Origin: an uncultured Eubacteriales bacterium
GTDB taxonomy: Bacteria; Bacillota; Clostridia; Christensenellales; CAG-314
DNA: 64,000 nucleotides
NCBI GenBank assembly: GCA_948938605.1
Contig: CARAIG010000079.1
Coordinates: forward strand, 15 to 64,014
Direction of reading: 5' to 3'
Both the position numbers and the translations under genes were made by a program. Each line of letters starts with the position of its first letter. Position 1 is the stretch's first letter. Under the pieces are notes generated by a model. That model ran no database searches. It was not told the DNA's origin and was given only the letters and a program-made list of their open reading frames with translations. Shown here piece after piece: positions 57,581 through 62,987 of this stretch.

Positions 57581-58455
57581 TGAACCGACTACAACTGATA
57601 AAAAACGCTCAACGCATTATTGACGAGCGCCGTTTTAAAGCGGAAGAACAACGCGACATTACGCTTCAAACATTGCGTCAATACGACGAATTCAAGCTTT
57701 GCGAAAAAAATTTACGCAAAGCGCAAATTGACTGCGACAGCGCAAAAACAGCGCAATTCAAAGCGCAACTCAAACAAATACTTAAACAACGCAATCTTAC
57801 CGAACAAGATATTCAACCCCGCTACCGCTGTCCGCATTGCAACGATACAGGTTACATAGACGGAACAATTTGCAGTTGCTTGCAACAGGAAATTTGCAAG
57901 TTGATTACTGCCGAAAGCAACGTTATTAACAACGGATTTACGTTTGCCAATTCTACCGAAACGAACAAACACAACATTGCCGTTTACAACAAGGTTAAGC
58001 AAATGTGCGACAAAATGCAAGGCAACCTACTGCTTGTAGGCAATACCGGTTCGGGCAAAACGTACCTTATTACCGCTTGCGTAAACAGCGCAATAGCCCA
58101 CAACCGCAGTGTGCTGTTTACTACCGCTTATACGTTAAACTCTATGTGTTTGGACGCGCATTTATCCGACCACCGCACAAGTCAATCCATACTGGATACC
58201 TTAATCGATGTAGACGTATTGGCAATTGACGACTTAGGCACCGAAATCAACTACAAAAACGTAACCGCCGAATATCTGTTTGCAATAATCAATGAACGTA
58301 TAGCCCGCCGCAAACAGACCTTTATTTCGACAAATTTAACGCTTGCCGATTTGCGCGACCGCTACGACGAAAGGTTGTTTTCGCGGCTTGTAGACGCAAA
58401 CATAACTACGGTTGCCCAACTGCAAGGGGCAGACAAACGGTTAAAAAACAAGTAA
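57580..58455 (+). CDS. dnaI: Primosomal helicase loader DnaI/DnaC family ATPase
   Basis: Zinc-ribbon-like CPHCNDTGY...CSC and AAA+ motifs Walker A GNTGSGKTY and Walker B LAIDDLG. Confidence 0.8.
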   Translation: MNRLQLIKNAQRIIDERRFKAEEQRDITLQTLRQYDEFKLCEKNLRKAQIDCDSAKTAQFKAQLKQILKQRNLTEQDIQPRYRCPHCNDTGYIDGTICSCLQQEICKLITAESNVINNGFTFANSTETNKHNIAVYNKVKQMCDKMQGNLLLVGNTGSGKTYLITACVNSAIAHNRSVLFTTAYTLNSMCLDAHLSDHRTSQSILDTLIDVDVLAIDDLGTEINYKNVTAEYLFAIINERIARRKQTFISTNLTLADLRDRYDERLFSRLVDANITTVAQLQGADKRLKNK

Positions 58456-58462
58456 TATATTA

Positions 58463-58497
58463 GACGACGGAAAACAATTTCCGTCGTTTTTATTTTT
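58463..58497 (+). terminator. Rho-independent terminator after dnaI
   Basis: ACGACGGAAA-loop-TTTCCGTCGT followed by TTTTTATTTTTT. Confidence 0.75.
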
Positions 58498-58715
58498 TAT
58501 AAAATTACCTATTGAAAACATTATAAGGTCGGTTAAACTATAACGCTAATATTTGTCAATTAATTAAACATAATAAAAATGTATAGATATTTGCAATATT
58601 TTTGTCAATGCCTATTGAAATAATATTTTAAATGTGATACAATGTACAATCATTAAATAAATTTACAATTTGTGGTGTCGTTTTTAAGCCGACACACATT
58701 TTTTTGAGGTAACAA

Positions 58716-59417
58716 ATGAACTGGCTTTTGGCTTTTGCCGACAACGGCTTTAACTTTTTTGAAGGCTTTGATTGGCGAACGGAATTGGTATATCTGTTTA
58801 GAATAGTCCTTGCAGGAATATTAGGTTTTTTAATAGGCGTAGAACGCTCGCACAGACAAAAAGAAGCGGGTATGGGTACGCACTTTACGGTAGGACTTGC
58901 TTCGGCGCTGTTTACAGTAATATCCCTAAAAATAGGCGAAATTGCAAACGGCGACGGCGCACGCGTTGCGGCGCAAGTAGTAACAGGCATCGGTTTTTTA
59001 GGAGCAGGCATTATATTCTTCCGCCGCGAAAACTTACACGGACTTACCACCGCCGCTATTATTTGGTCGACGTCTGCAATAGGTATGGCTTGCGGAGCGG
59101 GAATGTACATTGTTTCGGTAAGCGGAACTGCGTTGATTATAGTCTTGCAATTAATACTACACACTGCCCCGTTTAAACGTCACGGTCAACGTTTGTTGCT
59201 TGTACGTTTTTACCATTCGGACGAATTTCAAAAGACATTGCAGTTGTACTTCGGCATTACGCAATTCCACCGTTACAAAGTAACGCGTACAGCCGACGGC
59301 AAACTACAAGTAGACGCGGTTATCCGTCCCAATCAAAATTACCACGCCGAAAAGATAAACAACTTTATCGAAAATAACGACGCAATGATTTCTATCGAAC
59401 GCTTGGAAGACTTGTAA
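58716..59417 (+). CDS. mgtC: MgtC/SapB family membrane protein
   Basis: MgtC N-terminal membrane domain (ILGFLIGVERSHRQKEAGMGTH, GIGFLGAGIIF) plus a soluble C-terminal domain. A GAGGT RBS is present. Confidence 0.8.
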   Translation: MNWLLAFADNGFNFFEGFDWRTELVYLFRIVLAGILGFLIGVERSHRQKEAGMGTHFTVGLASALFTVISLKIGEIANGDGARVAAQVVTGIGFLGAGIIFFRRENLHGLTTAAIIWSTSAIGMACGAGMYIVSVSGTALIIVLQLILHTAPFKRHGQRLLLVRFYHSDEFQKTLQLYFGITQFHRYKVTRTADGKLQVDAVIRPNQNYHAEKINNFIENNDAMISIERLEDL

Positions 59418-59441
59418 AAATATTTTTAGTCAACTAACTGT

Positions 59442-59481
59442 AAAAAGTCCTTTTCGCAGACAAACGAAAAGGACTTTTTTA
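59442..59481 (+). terminator. Rho-independent terminator after mgtC
   Basis: AAAAAGTCCTTTTCG-loop-CGAAAAGGACTTTTTT. Confidence 0.8.
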
Positions 59482-59672
59482 CAACCAATATTTTTATATT
59501 TAATAATATGTCTGCTTTTTCTGCTTTTTTCAATTCTTTGTTAACGTAATCCAAAAAAATACACAACTGTTAAAAGCATTAAACTAAAATAGATATGTCG
59601 CAAAGCCGTATAAGACAAGCGAACGCCCAGTTAGATGTAATTTAGCGAAGCGCGAAACACAGCAGGATATGT

Positions 59673-59700
59673 AGCCGAGCAATCGCAGATTGCGAACGCC
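59673..59700. repeat. Dispersed intergenic repeat core, copy C
   Basis: AGCCGAGCAATCGCAGATTGCGAACGCC matches the reverse complement of 7993-8022 at 28 of 30 positions. Confidence 0.7.
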
Positions 59701-59703
59701 CCG

Positions 59704-59744
59704 CTCCAAAAAAGAACGCCCTACTTTACTAGGACGTTCTTTTT
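59704..59744 (-). terminator. Rho-independent terminator immediately 3-prime of the tRNA-Thr fragment
   Basis: Minus strand: AAAAAAGAACGTCCT-loop-AGGGCGTTCTTTTTT. Confidence 0.7.
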
Positions 59745-59791
59745 TGGAGCTGATGACGGGGCTCGGACCCGTGACCTCCGCCTTACCAAGG
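59745..59791 (-). pseudogene. tRNA-Thr(GGU) 3-prime fragment (about 47 nt; att-site remnant)
   Basis: Minus strand reads CC-TTGGTAA-GGCGG-AGGTC-ACGGG-TCCGAGC-CCCGT-CATCAGC-T-CCA. This gives an anticodon loop with GGT, a 5-nt variable loop, a perfect T-stem, an acceptor 3-prime strand and CCA. Upstream sequence cannot form the D-arm or acceptor 5-prime strand. The T-loop has C at the universally conserved U55 position. Confidence 0.7.
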
Positions 59792-59900
59792 ACGTGTCAA
59801 ATTTCAATGGGAAGTGGTCTATCAACAAAAGCACAATATATAGTGGTAGATGGCGGTTAAATATAAGCAAATATAGCGGTTTTTGTGCGGTCAATAAAAA

Positions 59901-59944
59901 ATGGTAGTCAATGTTTTTCCGATTTGACTACCAATGACTACCAT
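59901..59944. repeat. Putative integrase arm-type binding sites (3 x TGGTAGTCA)
   Basis: ATGGTAGTCA at 59901-59910. Reverse-complement copies TGACTACCA at 59925-59933 and TGACTACCAT at 59935-59944. They lie between the tRNA fragment and the int gene. Confidence 0.55.
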
Positions 59945-59990
59945 TTTTGCGTTTTAGGCAGTTTTAGAACGGCTTAAAATGCCTTTACCG

Positions 59991-60021
59991 TAAAAGAAAA
60001 TCGACGGTTTCAAGCCGCCGA
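59991..60021 (-). terminator. Rho-independent terminator after the integrase gene
   Basis: Minus strand: TCGGCGG-CTTGAAA-CCGTCGA followed by TTTTCTTTT. Confidence 0.6.
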
Positions 60022-60026
60022 TTTTT

Positions 60027-61256
60027 CTATTTCTTAAACTTATCTTCCAACTTGTCCGTCGCTTGTTTGAAGTAAGAACGATCAACGCTGTTATAAGTTT
60101 TTATCGTCGTAGTTACGTCCTTATGTCCTAACAGTTGCTGTATGACTTTCGGATTTTCCTGCGCCTCGAACAACATACTCGAATATGTGTGTCGTATCGA
60201 ATGGAAGTGAATATTATATTTGTCTAATCCCGTCTTTTTCATTAACCGTTTGAACATTGATCGCGTTCCGTAATACGTCCGCAGTTCGCCGTCGTCGTTT
60301 GAGAATACCAAATCGTCGGGCGCGGTAAACGATATACCCGTCAAGGCTTGCCGTTTTTCTCGGTTTTCTTTCCACCGTAACAGCGACTTTTTAAGCATAG
60401 CGGGCATAGGCACTTCCCGAACGCTGGCGCACGTTTTCGTATCAGATATAACGGTTTTACGTCCTATCACGTTAAAATCGGCGTCAAATTCGGGTATCTG
60501 GGTAATGGCGTTGTCAATCACTATAACGTCGTTGACGAAATCAAAGTCTTTCCATTTAATAGCAAGCACTTCGCCTATACGCATACCGCCGAATAACTGT
60601 ACCATACAAAGCGGCTCGAAAAACGGATGATTGCTTATAACCTCAAAGAACTGTTTGCGCACGTCGATAGGAATAGCCTTGTAATCGTCGTCTTTCTTTT
60701 CCTTATGCTCTTTTGTGGATTTGACTTTACATTCCGCTACGGGGTTGCTGTCAACAAACTTGCTCTTTTTCGCATAGGCAAAGAATTGGTTTAGCGTAAA
60801 CTTCACCTTGCGAACGGTGGCGAGCGCATAACCGGCAAACAACATTCTGTTCAAAAGCGACTGAATAATCGTATCGGTTATCTCGTCAAGTTTCATATTT
60901 CCTATTTCGGGGTAAATATGATTTTTTGCGTTAGACAGTATGCGCTCGAAAGTACGGGGGCTGACTTCCGCACGTTTGAAAGTAATAATCCATTGGTGCA
61001 TCAGAACTTGCAACGTGTCGTTTTTCACGGAAGCGTGTCCGCCTTTCAGTTTCGTACCGAGCAGCGTCGTCATTTTAACCGCAACTTCCGAGCGCGTTTT
61101 ACCGTAAATAACCTTTCTTATACGTTTGCCGTCGTCATCATAACCGAGCGTAACGGAAGCCGCCCAGCGTTTTTCGTTTTCACGGTAGTAAATGCAACCT
61201 TCGTTATTGCCGCGCCGTGCCGTGTTTTTCTTTTTAGCGTTTGCCATTGCCGTCAA
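60027..61256 (-). CDS. int: Tyrosine-type site-specific integrase
   Basis: N-terminal arm-binding-like domain (GCIYYRENEKRWAASVTLGYDDDGKR), a SAM-like core-binding domain and catalytic residues (GMRIGE, HSIRHTYSS, LGH...TYNS). Confidence 0.85.
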   Translation of the reverse strand: MTAMANAKKKNTARRGNNEGCIYYRENEKRWAASVTLGYDDDGKRIRKVIYGKTRSEVAVKMTTLLGTKLKGGHASVKNDTLQVLMHQWIITFKRAEVSPRTFERILSNAKNHIYPEIGNMKLDEITDTIIQSLLNRMLFAGYALATVRKVKFTLNQFFAYAKKSKFVDSNPVAECKVKSTKEHKEKKDDDYKAIPIDVRKQFFEVISNHPFFEPLCMVQLFGGMRIGEVLAIKWKDFDFVNDVIVIDNAITQIPEFDADFNVIGRKTVISDTKTCASVREVPMPAMLKKSLLRWKENREKRQALTGISFTAPDDLVFSNDDGELRTYYGTRSMFKRLMKKTGLDKYNIHFHSIRHTYSSMLFEAQENPKVIQQLLGHKDVTTTIKTYNSVDRSYFKQATDKLEDKFKK

Positions 61257-61488
61257 CTCCTTCGCAATATGCGCTCATCTGCCAAGTAACGAAAGCAACA
61301 ATGCTGACGACCTGACGCTTGCCGACCTGTATAACCGGAAACGATCTGCTTTTCATCAAGGTGCGGACGTTATCGCGCCCCAAACCGGTCAATGTAACAA
61401 TATCGTCGCAGTCCAAGAACGATTTACCGTATTCGGCGCTTATGCGTTTCGCTTCCGCTGCTATAATGCTCTCGACGTTGACGCTCAT
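61234..61488 (-). CDS. Small HTH DNA-binding protein (excisionase-like, 84 aa)
   Basis: IVTLTGLGRDNVRTLMKSRSFPVIQVGKRQVV has an HTH_17-like pattern. Its ATG overlaps the upstream stop as ATGA, and its 3-prime end overlaps int by 23 nt. Confidence 0.6.
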   Translation of the reverse strand: MSVNVESIIAAEAKRISAEYGKSFLDCDDIVTLTGLGRDNVRTLMKSRSFPVIQVGKRQVVSIVAFVTWQMSAYCEGVDGNGKR

Positions 61489-61685
61489 TCGCTGTTTTCG
61501 CTTATGTGCAAATAAGCCAACAATTCGTCGTAATTGAGAAGCACCTTTTTCCCAATCGTGAAAGAGTGGATAATACCTTTGCGGCAAAGTTGCCGTATAA
61601 AGTTGCAGGTAATCGCCGTTCCGCTGTCTTTCTGTTTGATAAGTTGCAGCGTTTCCTTCACGGTGCGTAATCTTGCCATTAACAT
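61485..61685 (-). CDS. xis: Excisionase-family HTH DNA-binding protein (66 aa)
   Basis: TVKETLQLIKQKDSGTAITCNFIRQLCRKGIIHSFTIGKKVLLNYDELLAYL matches the HTH_17/excisionase pattern. A strong AAGGAGG RBS lies 8 nt upstream of ATG 61685. Confidence 0.7.
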   Translation of the reverse strand: MLMARLRTVKETLQLIKQKDSGTAITCNFIRQLCRKGIIHSFTIGKKVLLNYDELLAYLHISENSE

Positions 61686-61920
61686 ACCGTTTACCTCCTT
61701 GTATCGGATTTGAACGTAAACGACGGTTATTGTGGAAAACCGTGCAATCCGTTCCGTTTGCGTCCAAATGCAGTATAACCGAAGGTCTGTGCAAAATGCG
61801 AGTAGGCGGTGGTTTAACTTCTGCCGAGTTTTGCGCTAATTTCGTGTTATAAGCGAATGACTTACACACTACATGCGGGAGTGGATGAGTTAGTTGAGTA
61901 ATCATATTTTTCTCCTTGTC

Positions 61921-62124
61921 TTTTATTTGTCTTTCGACAACCAAAGAGAAAATCGGGAAAAGCCTACGCCGTCAAGGACAAAGAAAAAATCATAGCGTTA
62001 GCATTTTTCAATTTGCTGTTTTACGCTATGATTTTTTCCCTTGCTTGGGTTTACGCGCTATTCAGTTTTAATCTTACGGCAACGGCTTTTTCCGATATAC
62101 AACCCTGTCGAAAGACAAATAAAA
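61921..62124. repeat. Perfect 19-bp inverted repeat pair flanking 166 bp (with an inner 16-bp hairpin terminator)
   Basis: TTTTATTTGTCTTTCGACA (61921-61939) and its exact complement TGTCGAAAGACAAATAAAA (62106-62124). Inner GAAAAAATCATAGCGT (61983-61998) pairs with ACGCTATGATTTTTTC (62023-62038). Confidence 0.7.
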
Positions 62125-62125
62125 T

Positions 62126-62734
62126 TCACAGTTCCTTTAACTGTTTTATTCTGTAAATATGGTAATAAAAATTATTCTTCTTTAAGCCGAGTAAATTCAT
62201 AGCCGTTTCGGAATTTATGCGCTTTTCTATGTAGTCGCAGGCAACGGAAAGAAATTCGTCCGTATATTCGGTCGGGCGTCTGCCGAACTTAACACCATTA
62301 CAGATAGCCGCGCGTATGCCTTCGGCTTGCCGTGCTTTTATGTTCTCTCGCTCGTTCTCCGCAACGAACGATAATACCTGTAATACCACGTCCGAAATAA
62401 ACTTACCTACAAGCGTTTCGGCTTTCGTGCGTGTATCTAAAAGCGGCATATCCAAAACAAATATGTCCGCGCCGATAGTATTCGTTATATACGCCCATTC
62501 CGCTATGATTTGGTCATAATTACGCCCTAATCTATCTATGGATTTAATAACAAGCAAATCGCCGTTTTTAAGTTTTTTCAAAAGCCGTTTATACTCTTTC
62601 CGTTCAAAGTCCTTGCCGCTTTTCTTGTCCGAGAATATGCGGCTTTTCTCTATTCCGAACTCAATAAATGCGACTAACTGCCGTTCTAAATTCTGGTCTT
62701 TTGCCGAAACTCTTGCGTATGCGTATGTATTCAT
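62126..62734 (-). CDS. Small serine recombinase (resolvase/DNA invertase family)
   Basis: Catalytic N-terminus YAYARVSAKDQNLERQ, then DRLGRN and a C-terminal HTH; 202 aa. ATG 62734 follows an AAGGGAG RBS. Confidence 0.85.
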   Translation of the reverse strand: MNTYAYARVSAKDQNLERQLVAFIEFGIEKSRIFSDKKSGKDFERKEYKRLLKKLKNGDLLVIKSIDRLGRNYDQIIAEWAYITNTIGADIFVLDMPLLDTRTKAETLVGKFISDVVLQVLSFVAENERENIKARQAEGIRAAICNGVKFGRRPTEYTDEFLSVACDYIEKRINSETAMNLLGLKKNNFYYHIYRIKQLKEL

Positions 62735-62826
62735 AGTTTGCGCTCCCTTAAAAATAAGTAAAATTATCTTTAAGGATAGCAAAAATCGGGGCTTGCGTTT
62801 ACCGTTACAAACCCCGAAAACAAAAA

Positions 62827-62959
62827 TTTTAGTAAATGTGTACTTTTCCTAAAACACCCGAAAACACCGAAAATAATATAAATTTGCCCTTAAATTATAT
62901 CATAAAAGCCACTAACAACGCAAGAATTTGATTGTAGTTAAAGTACACATTTACTAAAA
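62827..62959. promoter_or_regulatory. Candidate invertible promoter (inverton): 20-bp perfect IRs flanking 93 bp
   Basis: TTTTAGTAAATGTGTACTTT (62827-62846) and AAAGTACACATTTACTAAAA (62940-62959). Inside, on the minus strand: TTGCGT (62923-62918), 18 nt, TATAAT (62899-62894). Confidence 0.55.
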
Positions 62960-62987
62960 CTCGGAACGCTGAAAAAAGGAGTTTTAT

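Noticed and set aside
58498-58715. A possible Mg2+ (M-box) riboswitch upstream of mgtC.
   Set aside because: The region is short and very AT-rich. It has no extended helices and no terminator/antiterminator arrangement. Only a promoter-like TTGAAA / TACAAT pair is visible.
58628-59164. 178-aa minus-strand ORF overlapping mgtC.
   Set aside because: It is antisense to a well-supported MgtC-family gene (RBS plus conserved membrane motifs). The translation is Pro/Ala/Cys-rich with no family resemblance.
59745-60100. The tRNA-like 3-prime end, considered as the 3-prime end of tmRNA (ssrA), a common integration target.
   Set aside because: The acceptor strand with encoded CCA reads CATCAGC-T-CCA, not the ...UCC-A-CCA needed for the G3.U70 alanine identity. 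The preceding loop is a normal anticodon loop with GGU. No GGGGCUGAU-type 5-prime end is found within 350 nt.
61489-61944. N-terminal 152 aa of the 236-aa ORF 61234-61944.
   Set aside because: This part is Arg-rich and motif-less, and has no RBS at 61944. It overlaps, in another frame, the 66-aa excisionase-like gene, which has a strong AAGGAGG RBS. Only the C-terminal 84 aa, starting at an ATGA overlap, look genuine.
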